Assembly (NCBI GenBank): GCA_046563655.1
Contig: CM102289.1
Location: forward strand, 496,001 to 560,000
Length of the DNA: 64,000 nt
From: Yuukianura sp. NJ FZ-2021
Lineage: Eukaryota
Direction: 5' to 3'
The translations under genes and the position numbers were made by a program. Below, piece by piece: positions 13,201 through 25,631 of the stretch (position 1 is its first letter; every line of letters starts with the position of its first letter). Below the pieces are notes generated by a model that worked only from the letters and a program-made list of their open reading frames with translations, did not search any database and had not been told where the DNA came from.

Positions 13201-15952
13201 GTTGACGACCAAAACTTTCCAAGCACAAAGTTTCCATTTCCGTCTAAAAAAAAATCACATAAAATGTAAATACCTACAACACACACATGGAAACAATGTC
13301 TTCACTTTTACATTATCATCATTCAAATTTCATTGCTTCGGGCAATTGCATCTTGTCAACCCCGCGAAATTCAAAATTTTGAATTGAAAAAAATTTGTTT
13401 TCCATGGCTAGCTTAAAAGTCGATAGAAAAACTTGAAGTTTTATGTTGGACTTTACATTTTTCAAGGTTTTCAGCTGTTGTTCCTTGCTGATAGTCAAAA
13501 TGTAAACAATTGAAGGAAGGTTAAACAAAAATTTGCTTTTCGAGTCTCATAAAAATCAAATCCGAAACAGTCTGAAAACTTTTTACGGCTTCACATTTCC
13601 TAGCAAAACATTTTGTCTTCCTTTACATACGCGCATCAACTCAAATCTTTTATCTCAAAAAGTAGCAGTTGTTTCCAGCCAGTCTCAAAATCTTACAAAA
13701 ACTTACAAATTTCTAAACAAAACGAAACTTTTACAAACTTTCAAAATGTTTCGTTTTCATCTTCTCATTTTCACATCATCACATCAAAACAATTTTTTCA
13801 CGCCGTCAGTTCAGATTTTTTTCTCAAATGTGCAGAAATCTGTTCAAATTTTCTCCGTGACACAAATTTCGTTTCAAAAACGCTGAAGGTGTAAAGATCT
13901 TCCGTTTTTTTTTGAAAAATTTAGACAACTATAATGTTTTTCCAAAAAAATCTCTTTTACATGTCAAATATGGTTGTCTTTATTATGAAACGAAGTGGCA
14001 CATTTGAAAATATCATGAATGTGAAAGAGATCTGTATATTTTCAAAAACCTTTCGGAAAATTGAAATTTTTCATAACATGTTTCCAGTTGAGTGAACTTT
14101 CGGCACATTTCAGAAAAAAAGGTTTTTGAGGTTTCTTTTTGAGAATTTACCGAAAAGAAAAGAAAATCAATTCAATACTTGCATGTACACATTTGTTTTG
14201 GATAGAAAAATAAAGGGGAGCCCTTAAGGGGCCCTTCAAAAGCAATGATGAGGTTAGTTTGCCGAAAAGGCCTTTTTAAATTTTCCCGCTTCCTTGATTT
14301 TTCTGGTTTTTGTGTAAGTTTACGCGGAAGTACGGGAGGATGAATGGGTTGTACTTAAACTAAAGTGAGAAGAAAAGAGCTTGGTGTCGGCAGGCGTTAA
14401 TTAAATCCGAGAGGTCACACTAAAACTTTTGCCGAGAGCGGGAAGCGAACCCGCGGACCAAAAAAAAGCAAGAGAACCCGTGTACCAATCTGTGTTAAAA
14501 GACTCATTTAAGTGTTACAGCTCATTGACAATGTGTCGCTCTTCTTGTTTCCAAAAAAAGCGGGAGGGTTTGAAAACACGAATGCAATTTGTAACGTTTT
14601 TGCTGTAGTGGAGGATTGATTATGTTTTTTCATGGAGTTGTGCTCACGAGAAATGTAAAACAACGACCATGTGTGCTCCTTACTTTGTCTTTTCAAGAAC
14701 ATAATTTATGGCTACTTCTACTAGCATGCATGGGCAAACTACCCTGCAAAATTTTCAAAATTTTGAAACTGCAAAAAAAATTTTCTTTAAATTTTCATAG
14801 TTTTCAGTTTCCTTTCGACTAACAAACAACCCTAATTATGTTCAATATATTAATTTTTATTGCAAATTGAAACAAGAATGCTGTGCAAAGCGAGCTGGGG
14901 CTTCGCCGTAGATTCCTCAATCCAATGATAATAGCAATAAATTGTCTCACATTACCCCAACTTTGAATTTAAAAAAAACTCCAAAGCATTCGTCTCCTGT
15001 TTCCCCAACCTTTTATTTAAAAAACTACCGCATTCATCTCACATTGCCCTAAATTTCCATTGAAAAAACTCATGAAGACAATAACACAATGACACTCACA
15101 CGCAATCTTGAATTAGATTTTTTTTAAATGATTATTTAAAATTATGTAAATTTCTTTTCGGGATAATTTAAGGTTAGTAAAATTAATCATTTTTCAGTTG
15201 TTTCTGTACTTTCTTTTGTCTAATTTTTCTTTTTGAGTTTTGAAAAATTGAGGGTATTTTGCCCTTATGTGGGTTTGAGTAATGAACGTTGTCTTTGGTT
15301 TGGATAAATAGTTGTTTCTATTTCTACTGAAGCTGGAAGTTGGAAGACGGAAGATGGGATTTTAGGATCTTCGCCCATGCACACAACTCATTATTTATTT
15401 GTCTTCCCTGTTAACTCCTTCTACTTTTAGTATTTACCCAAGGTACTTAGTCCCTAGTCACTTTCTAATGTTGGCACAATGTCAACTCCCTCAAAAACAA
15501 AATGGAGGAATTCAAAACTAGACTTTTCAAATTGACGAGACACGACGAGTAAATAGTTGGAGAGGAGGAGAGTTCTCTACAAAGTGCCAAAACTAATCTT
15601 TTTATGAGCCTCGAATCTTAAAGTAAAAAAAAACTGAAATGACAAAATAAGTTCCAAAACTTAGAAATTTTGAACTGACAAAATCAATTCATAAACTCGA
15701 AAATTTTGAGAAAAAAAACATACATACCATATATTCGTCTCTGTTTTTAGTATATACAGAAATCATGATCTGAATTATAGTTTAAAAACACTAAAAATCT
15801 TGGTGAAGTGTCGGAATAACTTAAGGAATAAAATGTGACAATTTTGACTTTGTTTTTGAGCACACTGGAAAATAAATTCTAGAAACCACAATAACATCAA
15901 AGTAAAACAAACAGAAAGCACCGATCAACTAGATCCAAAAGAGCGGGAGATT

Positions 15953-17692
15953 TCAAACTAAGAGATTTCGTAGTGGAGCTACAGTGGTGGTGACATTGTT
16001 GGGGTCACATGTGATGAAGTAGCTTTTGTACAACGTTGTTTGTGTCACAATGATGAACATCACGAGAGCTCCAATGGCCGACCCCACTTGCGTGATGGCT
16101 CCGCACCAAAACAGACCGCGTTTGCCTTCAGCCCTCAAAACGTTTGCAATCGACACTTTGACGTATGTGAACGACGCTACCAACAAAACCCACCCAGTGA
16201 CCTACGAAATTCAAAAACACAAGTTCAAAATTTCAAAAAACGAACTTTTTTTTGAAGTTTTCGGAACTTACCATCAGCGCTTCTCCGCTTATCTCCCCAA
16301 CCAACGGCGGAGTTGGTGACATCCGAGCGGTGGTCATCACATAAGATCCTACTGCCAGTGACACAACGAAAACTGATGTAATTGAGGCCTTCGTTGGTTG
16401 AGGCAAAACGAATAGTAAAAAGCAAACTGCTGGATTGGCCATTGTGGACAAAGTGGCTGACCAATGGTAAGCGACGTTTCCATAAGGGAGACTAGAGTAT
16501 GACTGGATTGAAGGAAACACACCATTGGACAGAGCACAAGCAAATGCAAGTACTGCCAGTAAGTAGAAGAACGTTGGTTTGGATACTTCCAGAAACAGTG
16601 GTGGATGTTTGACTTCAACACTGTTGTTATTAATAGTCTGTTCGCCAGTGGGTGACGTCGATCGATCAAACGACGTCGGTTCGTCGTTTGTCGTCGATCG
16701 GTAGAATGACGGCGGTTCTTCGTTGATACTTCGTTGAAGCAGAACATCAGAGGGACTGGGTCTGATTGGTTCTGGCACAAGAGCTTCCTGAGTCAGTGAT
16801 TTGTTTCTTAGAAGGTGAAAAGCGATGAGTGACACTGAGACAGTTATGAACAGGAGGATGAAGAATACTTCTACTGAGAACAAGGGTGGAGGAGAAACTG
16901 GTTTATACTGGAGTTCGGTTGTAGATCCATTGGTGACATTGACCCATTGACACTCTGGGTTTCCTCCAACTCCTTGGATGATTGCGAAGATGCTGGGCAC
17001 GAATCCAGAGAGTCCTTCTCCGATAAAGAACGAAGTCAAGTACATCGACTGGAATCGGGCCATGAACGGCAAGTACAGAACTCTACTGGACGTGTCAACC
17101 ATGGCAAGACAAAAAACCAATCCTGAAATCAATTAAAATACCTTTTAGTGTCAGTTGTGAGGTGCAGGGAACACATTGGCTGAGAACGGAGTGAAAGATA
17201 ACTGTAAGAAGAATTGGAATCGAGTGGGATTTGAACCCACGTCTGTCCTCAATCCGGAAGAGGTCTAACCATTAAGCTATCACGCTCTGTTGCCAAACGC
17301 CACAAGATAACGTCAGTTTCACTCACTAATTTTTTTAAACTAGTAGTTAACTTACCTAAAAGTGTGGTTGACCTTGTAGCACCCAGGAAGTACCCTGTGA
17401 CATCCCAGAAGAAGACGAGGAAGGCGTTTGCTGTCAATCCAAGACCAATGACAAAGTAGATTGCTCTCGTTTCAGTGATGATTTTTGGATACAGTGAGTG
17501 CAGAAGTGTATACAAAAGTGGTCCAGTGTTGGCCAGCTGGACGATAATCGTCAGATAAGTCGGAAGATCCCACCCTTCAGGCATAGTCTGCACTAGTAGT
17601 GGCAGTTCCACCCAGAGGCCATTGACCACCACCCAAGTACCGATTCCAAATAGGACGGACAGCACATCCACCACATAGGCACGACGATCCAT
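15953..17692 (-). CDS. SLC52A: Riboflavin transporter (SLC52A/Rift-like), ~478 aa
   Basis: complement(join(15953..16201,16272..17122,17356..17692)). Motifs FGIGTWVVVNGLWVELPLLV..PEGWDLP, FFIGEGLSG, LSNGVFPSIQSYSSLPYG and LFWCGAITQVGSAIGA. An acceptor at 17719 implies an upstream exon. Confidence 0.93.
17170..17296 (-). mobile_element. tRNA-derived SINE-like element (intron of SLC52A)
   Basis: On the minus strand: TTGGCAACAGAGC..TAGCTTAATGGTTAG (A box)...GTGGGTTCAAATCCCAC (B box/T-arm); homologous to the copies at 24218, 24890 and 27973. Confidence 0.75.
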
Positions 17693-19891
17693 TGCTCCTT
17701 CGACTACTCCAACCAAATCTGCAAAACGAAAATTAAGTTCAAATCAGTTTTCTCTAAAATTAGGTGATTTTGTAAACCTTATCCAAAAATCTACCAGATT
17801 TTGATTCCGTTAGTTCCATTTTAACAATTTTTTGAAAATGTAAATTTAGAAAGAACCACGCTGTGAAGATCAAAACTGGAATTGTTAAATTCCTGTAATG
17901 TGTACTGAGTCTAATCTTTGCACTTTGATTTCAAGTATGGAGGTTATCGGTTATCGACATTTGGAGAGATAACATGGATAAAACAATTATTTTAAAATGA
18001 CACCGTGTGACTGCATACTAAAAAGTTTTGAGACCTCCTTTGTTACTCGGTTCCTAATCAGTTAGTATTCTAAAGATGTCAACATTACTTGTCCTACTGG
18101 TACTAAACGTTTCTGGAACGATTTGAACGGTAATCAATCATTAACTGATTTAATTAAATTCTATTAATGGAAATGAAGAATGAACTAAAAAGTTATGTCA
18201 AAACTTCAGCTGATTTGACTCCCACTTCCACCTGATAACGATGATTCACCTGCTAAACATTGCCTCAGGCATGAGACTCTGAATTGTTTACTTACGCATG
18301 TCGAAGGATAGGAGGGTTTTTCTTGATTTGCGTACTTTGAAACGTAATTAAAAGTAATTGTTGACTATTAAGGTTAATTAATTTTATAGTTCAAAAAACA
18401 AATTTATAAGACGAGGAAGCTGAACCACAAAAACTTAACTAAATTGATCACTTGACAGGGATATGCCATATCCGCCTCAAATGATGCTAAATGAAGATGA
18501 ATCAAAATGAAATGAAGATGAATGTGAGCAATTCTAAAGAATGATGATGACATGTCAGATTGTTATGACTTTGATGGGAGACTGACTGTGTCATGTCAGC
18601 AGGAAGACAGTCTTCAGATACCACAAGTGATAACTTATCAATTCAATTTCAAAAACTTACAACTAGTCTCTCCTTACCCAGTAAATAACCTACTCCTTAG
18701 AAAAAATTTGCAACAAAGTTGACTCTGCACAAATAAGTTGAAAGAGTTAAACTTGTTTGAAACTTGTTTGTAAGTTCTACTCTTCAAAACTCTTTCTAGA
18801 CAGTGCACTACAAGAATTACCTAATGACACTAATGAGTATGACCGTAAAATTGCAACTTTATAGACATCACGTTTGTAATATAAAGTTGGGTCTATAAAG
18901 TTTATAGACCACACTTTATAGACTTAATTGCTAACTAGGAAAAATGTACTCTGATGAGTCAGTTATTCTACACAAGCAAATTCTTACGTCTCTTCCTGGC
19001 CTCATAAGGAATTTCCTTGTTAGCTTCCTTCGGTAATTCACACACTCCAATTTACCGATTCTCTAAACTTCCAATCCAGCAAATTCTTGTACTCCAGTAC
19101 TCCAGAGGGATCTAAAATTTCAGTGAAACGTTGAAATTACGTTGAAATTATTGGAAAAGCAAGAAATTAGTAACTTTTTACCTTGAAAAACTGGTTGTAA
19201 CTTCTACGCCACTGATAATGGTTGATGTTCAAGACAACTGATGTTGTGACGTTCCATGTTAGTAGATTTTGACGTCATTCTGCATGTACTAACATAAATC
19301 GATTAATCACCACAAACCATGTAAAGTAAACATTAAGTGCTAAAACTAAAGCCAAAAGCACGCGTAGTCGCGTGAGTCTAATTTCTACAAACAGCCGGCG
19401 ATGAAAAGAGTGACACTAATCCTCAGAATCGCACAATTGTCATCCATGCCTCCGTAATTTATCGCAGATATAGTGAATTTATCGCAGGATGAGTAGGTAA
19501 CAAACAACATTGGATTTTTTTTTGCAACCGCAACATTCGAATAAATACAGTATAGTTTTTGGCACAATTTTTGGCACAATGTCTGCATTTCAATTTCCTG
19601 AAGTTTTTCCTTTTCTGTGTAAAAACCTTGAGTTTTTGTAAAAAAACGGTAATAAACCAATACCTAATGGGGTAAGTACTAACATTGTTTAAACAAGAAT
19701 TGCGTGTTTCTGCAAGCTATCTTTTTTCCGATTTCACAGTGTATATTTTTCAAAAAGTTTGAGTTGGCATTTCCGAAAATAGAAAGAATATGCTATGCAT
19801 AATCACTCCTTTTTCTCTTTTTTCGTTTTCACAGTATAATTTTTCAAAATTTTCGGTTGGCTATTTCAAGAAATAGAAAGTATTGTATTCT

Positions 19892-20868
19892 CAGGGTTCG
19901 AAGGCTGTAACTTACGTCCTGGGGTTGTAATTTTCGAAATTTTCATTCTTTTGAATTTTACGCGGGAGGGAGACAGCGTAGGAGTCAGGGGAGCGGGAGA
20001 AGTCCAAAATAACAAAAGAGCAGTGATTTAGATGATTATTTTTTCGGTTTTTTCTCGAGCAGACTGCTCGAGAAATACCAGGATAATTCTCGAGCAGTCT
20101 GCTCGAGAAATACCAGGATATTCTTCGAGCAGTCTGCTCGAGAAATACCAGGATATTCTTCGAGCAGTCTGCTCGAGAAATACCAGGATATTCTTCGAGC
20201 AGTCTGCTCGAAAAATACCAGGATAATTCTCGAGCAGTCTGCTCGAGAAATACCAGGATATTCTTCGTAGCTTTTCTTTCTGTTGTTTTAACTGGCTGTT
20301 ATTGAAATTCCACGAGTCAGAGATCCGATTTGGAACGATTTTGACCTTGAACCAAACCCGGGCAGTAAGATCCCCTGGGCAAATTGTAAGTTGTGTGATT
20401 GGAGACATGCAGGAATCCTGGACAGGATAAAATCACACTTACAGAAACATCAAAACGTTGGCAAAGACTCCGAATCAATTGGGCCATGTACGTCATGTTC
20501 ACTTTAACATTTTCAGGGTCTAATTGTTGAGAGCGAGCAGCGAGCCTGAGGAAGAGTTAGATGTGATGGCAGTGGAATAATTAGTGTTATGTTTCTCGAA
20601 CTATTTGTGTTAATTGCGTTAAGTGTGTTAGTTTAGTCTTAAAAATAAAATAGTAGTAAATATTGTCTACCGCAGTATATTTCTATCAGGCCTTGGTTTG
20701 ATTTTTAACGCAATTAGATAGTAGATATTAATAGTTTATGGTTTGGGGATGGGAGTGGGGTGCAGGCGGCTTGTTTTGAAAATTACAATCTTACGTAGAT
20801 TACGTAAGTTACGATAATTACGTAAGTTACGTAGTTTTCGGCAAAAACACCGTAATTTTCGAACCCTG
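19892..20868. mobile_element. Non-autonomous hAT-type element, 977 bp
   Basis: TIR CAGGGTTCGAA/TTCGAACCCTG; perfect 8-bp TSD TGTATTCT (19884-19891, 20869-20876). Paralogous upstream regions of the neighbouring receptor genes lack the insert. Confidence 0.9.
20052..20266. repeat. 35-bp minisatellite of palindromic units
   Basis: Six units with 35-bp period, each containing the TCGAGCAG-(T/A)-CTGCTCGA palindrome; lies inside the hAT element. Confidence 0.95.
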
Positions 20869-21028
20869 TGTATTCTATCATCCCTCTTAAGTGGAAAACT
20901 ATCGCTTTCAAATATCAATTTTGTTTAGTACGTCGTTTCAATTTTCGAAAGTTTTCAACTGTTTCATCCAGTATATTTGGAGACAAGCGACCTGATTAAC
21001 CAAAACGAAAGAAAGGTTTGACAGAAAA

Positions 21029-22459
21029 ATGTTAACCAAGTTGGAACTAAAATTGATTCACTTCATGCTAAAGAAACATTCAAAATTGCAACTGGCGCCG
21101 TTTTCGTACAATGAAAAAGATTGTACACTTCAAACGAGCGCCAAACTTTGGAAGAGGTCAAAGGTCATCACTTTTGTATATGTTACTGTGTTGGTCTTAC
21201 ACTACTTCCTAATGATTTGGGAAATTCAACTACCAACTACCCCACTGTTCAAACGAATTGTGGGTTATGCCACTCTAGTGTGTGGAATAATAGCATTCTT
21301 CTGCCGAATCAACTTGGTTTTACATCCAAAGGAAATTGCCAATATTTTCAACAATTTGGTTCATATCAACAAAGTTAGAGGTATCGTTTCACTTTTTAAA
21401 TATTAAGCATGCGTCATATTTGAAAAAAAGTACAGACAGACGGACAGACAAAGTTGTGGGAAAACATAAAGTAGCCAAACGGGGTCCCAGAGCACTTTGC
21501 CCAGCAAAGTTTGTGTCGAATTAATTTTATTATTAACTGTTTTTATTATTAAATATATAAAATAATAATTTTTATTATTATTATTATTATTAATTGTGTC
21601 GAAATATATTTTTAAAAACAATGTTATTTTTAATTTGACTTTTGTAGGAGAGCGAATGCATAGAAGCGGGAAATTGGAAGAAGCATTGTTTTTGCTGGTA
21701 GTTGGGATGGGAAGTGCTTCTATCCTATGGTTAGCCCTCATTCAAATGTACGTCATTCTGAACAAGCTAACGTCATTTCCAATTTTCGCAATGACGTACT
21801 GCCTCGTGGTTCCCGCCATTGTCATGACATGTACGCATGACTTTCAGTTGCACATTTGCATAGCCTTGTCATTTGTCGTCATTCCGTACTGGCTACAAGT
21901 GGCGCGGTAAGCATATAACAAAACAATTCAATTTCTAAATACGTATGTGTTTGTTATATGTAATTATGTATATAGAACGGACTTTGTTGTTCCAAGACGT
22001 TCCAAGTGGCAACAAACTTCGTTCGGAATTTACCGTCAAATGACAATTTTGACGGAAATAGTGAACATCTCTGCGGGATCAGTCTGTGCCGTCCCAAAAT
22101 TCGTTCTCTTTCTGAACATCATGCTACTCGTCTACGCTCTCGTTAGATTCACACACCAATTGGGGTTTATACTCTGCGCAGCTTTTGTGGTAGATGGTCT
22201 CCTCATGCTCATCGTCATTCCTGCTACGGCCATCATGACGTCCAAAATATCCCAAGTGTCGCAACTGCTCACCCAAAACATGACGGAAGCCTTGATTTCG
22301 TTGAGTAAAGAAGAAAGAGTTGTGGTGCGCAGACGCATTAAGGCGCTGAGGCCTCTACGCTTCAGAGTTGGATCTCTGTATTACATGGAAGGAACAGCAA
22401 AACTCAGAGTGATGGATACCATTGCCAACGGAGTCGCATTCCTACTAATTAATTACTAA
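21029..22459 (+). CDS. Arthropod chemoreceptor-like (gustatory receptor superfamily) membrane protein 1, 364 aa
   Basis: join(21029..21380,21648..21906,21976..22459). Multiple TM segments; C-terminus RPLRFRVGSLYYM...IANGVAFLLINY resembles the GR/OR IL3-TM7 region. Confidence 0.75.
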
Positions 22460-23132
22460 CGTTCTATTCAATTAATCTATATTAATTTAAACTTATTATT
22501 CATTAATCGATTACACTAATAAGTTCTGCACTACCGAAAAAATCATCCGCTTTTGTTATTCGTTCCAATTGGCTTTGAAATTTTTGGCTCACCCAAAGTA
22601 TGGATTTACCGAAAAACGGACAGCAACATAGGAAATTTTTCAAATTCGAGTAAATAATTAATACTGATATGGTTTTTGTCATACTTGTATGACAGTTTGG
22701 GTAAATGGTTTGTGTAACTACCTGTTTGATGTGAGACGTAGGTTCGATTCCCAGAGTCTGCATTTCAATTTCCTAAAGTTTCTGTAGCTTTCGATACTTG
22801 AAAACTTGACTTTTAATAATAAACCGATTTCTAATGTGGTAAGTGCTTGAATTATGTAAAAAAAATAATAGTGTATCTTAAGCTAGTTGTTTTTTCGATC
22901 TCACAGGGTATATTTTTTGAAATTTGCAGTTGACATTTGCGGAAATAGAAAGTACTCTAGACGATACTCCTAGTTAAGTGGAAAACTACTGCTTTCCAAA
23001 TGTCAATTTTGCTGAGAGTAAGTAAACTCTCAATTTTGGAAAAAATTCAAAAATTTCCAACTTTTTCATCCAGTATGTTTTGAGGAAAGCGATCAACCTA
23101 AAGTAACGAAGAGAAAGCATTGGCAAAGAAAA

Positions 23133-24862
23133 ATGTTGACCAATTTGGAACTGAAATTGATTCATTTCCTGCTAAAGAAACATTCAAAATTGAAACTGGC
23201 GCCCTTTTCGTACAATGAAAAAGATCGTACGCTTCAAACGAGCGCCAAACTTTGGAAGAGGTCAAAGGTCACGACTTTGGCAGCAGTTTTTGTAGCAGTT
23301 CTGCACTGCTTACTAATTTTCCGAGAAATCCAACTACCGAATACATCCCTGTTTAAACGAATTCTTGGCTATGTCACGCTAGTGTGTGGAATGATCGCAT
23401 TTTTCTGCCGGATCAACTTGGTTTTACATCCAAAGGAAATTGCTTGCATTCTCAACAATTTGCTTCATATCAACAAAATCCGAGGTAATGTTTCAACATT
23501 AAACTCCTTACCATTAGACACATATGAAAAAAAGTGCAGACAGACAGGCAGACAGACAAAGTCGTGTGGAAACAAAAAGTAGCCAAACGTGACTGTGACA
23601 GACAGACAGACAGACCGACAGGCAGGCATACAGCAGCAATAATCCTCTCGTTATGTGCGGGGCAATGTGAGAAAAGCCATGCTTTTAATTACATTCAATT
23701 CCATGGGGATTGGGCGAAGCCCCAGCACGCATTGCCTTCAAAACTTGTTTCTAATTAAACTAAATTTTCACAAAGACGTAAACAAGTTGTTTTTAAATGC
23801 TAATTGTAGGAGGGCGCATGGAAAGAAACGAGAAATTGCAAGGTATGTTATTCCTAACGGTGGTTGGGATTGGAAGTGGTTCTATTCCGTGGATAATCCT
23901 CATTCAAATGTACGTCATTCTGAACACATTGACGTCGATGCCAATTGTGGCACTGACGTACTGCTTCGTAGTTCCCGCCATTATCACTACAAGTACGCAT
24001 GACTTTCAGTTGCACATGTGCGCAACCTTGGCAATCTTCGTCATTCCGAACCGGCTACAACTGGCTCTGTAAGCACTTAGAAATAGAACATTACCTTTTT
24101 AAGACAATTTTTAAAACGTCTACAGTGGAACCTCTCATTACGCAACAATTGATTTTGTGAGATTTAAAAAAAAACTCGCACGCCTTTCGAGATAAAAAAT
24201 ACCATTGAAAAAAAATTAAGAACCAAGTGGGACTCGAGCCCACATCTCTTTAATTCGGGAGGAGCGCTAACCATTGAGCTATCCCACCGGGGTCAGCAGA
24301 GGCGGAGCTAAAAGTTGCTGAATGAGAGGCTCCACTGTAGTTAAGTGTACTTATTAGCAAATGTTTTTAAATTCATAGCACGGACTTTATTGTTCCAAGA
24401 GGTTTCAAGTGGGAACAACGTTCGCTCGAAACTTACCGTCAAATGACGGTTTTGACGCAAATGGTGAATGTCTGTCTGGGGTCACTCTGTGCCGTTCCAA
24501 AAGTAGTTCTCATCCTGAACGTCATGCTAGTCGTCTACACTGTCATTAGATTCACAAACCATTTGGGTTTTACACTCTGCGCAGCTTTTACTCTAAATGG
24601 ACTACTCATGCTCATCGTCATTCCCGCCACGACCATTACGATGTCCAAAATATCCGAAATGTCGCAACTCTTCACGCAAACCATGACAGAAGCTTTGATT
24701 TCCGTAAGTGAAGAAGAGAAAGTTGTTTTGCGCAGACGCATCAAGACGCTGATTCCTCTTCGCTTCAGCGTTGGATCGCTCTACTACATGGAAGGAACAG
24801 CCAAACTCAGAATGGTGGATATCATTGCCAATGGAATCACTTTTCTCCTAATTAATTACTAA
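23133..24862 (+). CDS. Chemoreceptor-like paralog 2, 364 aa
   Basis: join(23133..23484,23810..24068,24379..24862); exon lengths 352/259/484 identical to paralog 1. Confidence 0.75.
24123..24337. mobile_element. Tc1/mariner-pogo-type MITE containing a tRNA-like SINE head
   Basis: TA|CAGTGGAACCTCTCATT ... AATGAGAGGCTCCACTG|TA; internal minus-strand A/B-box segment at about 24218-24290. Confidence 0.8.
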
Positions 24863-24889
24863 CATGTTAATCAATCAATTTGAAGACGT

Positions 24890-25020
24890 TTTGCAACAGA
24901 GCATTATAGTTCAATGGTTAGAGCTATTCCCGGATTGAAGAAATGTGGGTTCGAGTCTCACTCGGTTCTTTATTTTTTTCTCACTGTCATTCGATTGCAC
25001 TCAAGCCATGTGAACCTTGA
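24890..25020 (+). mobile_element. tRNA-derived SINE-like element
   Basis: TTGCAACAGAGC..TAGTTCAATGGTTAGAGC...GTGGGTTCGAGTCTCAC followed by a T-tract. Confidence 0.75.
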
Positions 25021-25631
25021 GCCTCACATTTTATATAAATTTGTATGCTAATTTGTTAGGCAATTAAGCTGATATAGTCCTCAACACAAACACAGATGAA
25101 AATTGCTTCTGTTACAGAAACTTCAAGGTTTTTTTTAAAGAAAAAACCTTTAAAACTGTAAATTACTAATGTGGTTTTTAGCATAATGGGATAGAAGTTG
25201 AGGTATATGGTTTGGGCAACTACCTGTCTGATATGATATGAAAGCGTAGGTTTGATTCCAGGTATCTGCATTTCAATTTCCTCTAACTTTTTTTGGGTGA
25301 AAACCTTGACTTGTAGTAATAGACTGTAATAAACCGATTTCTAACGGGGTAAATACTTACATTATATAACAATAGCTGTGTCTTAACCAAGGTTTTTTTC
25401 CATTTCCCAAGATTTGTCGAAATTCGCCGTTGACATTTACGGAAATAGAAAGTATTCTGGACGATGCCCCTCCTAAGTAAGTGGAAAACTACCGATTTCA
25501 AATCTCATTCTTATTGAAAGTAAGTATACTTTCAATTTTGGAAAAAATTCAAATTTCAAACTTTTTCATACAGTGTGTTTCTAGAAAAGCGGTACACTTG
25601 AGTAACCAAAAGAAAGCACTGCCTGAGGAAA

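Noticed and set aside
20052..20266. Palindromic 35-bp repeats resembling a CRISPR array
   Set aside because: The intervening sequences are repeated rather than unique spacers, there are no cas genes, and the array lies in a eukaryotic hAT element.
24890..24970. Functional tRNA genes at 17212, 24218, 24890 and 27973
   Set aside because: Acceptor and anticodon stems do not pair properly and the copies diverge freely; treated as SINE-like.
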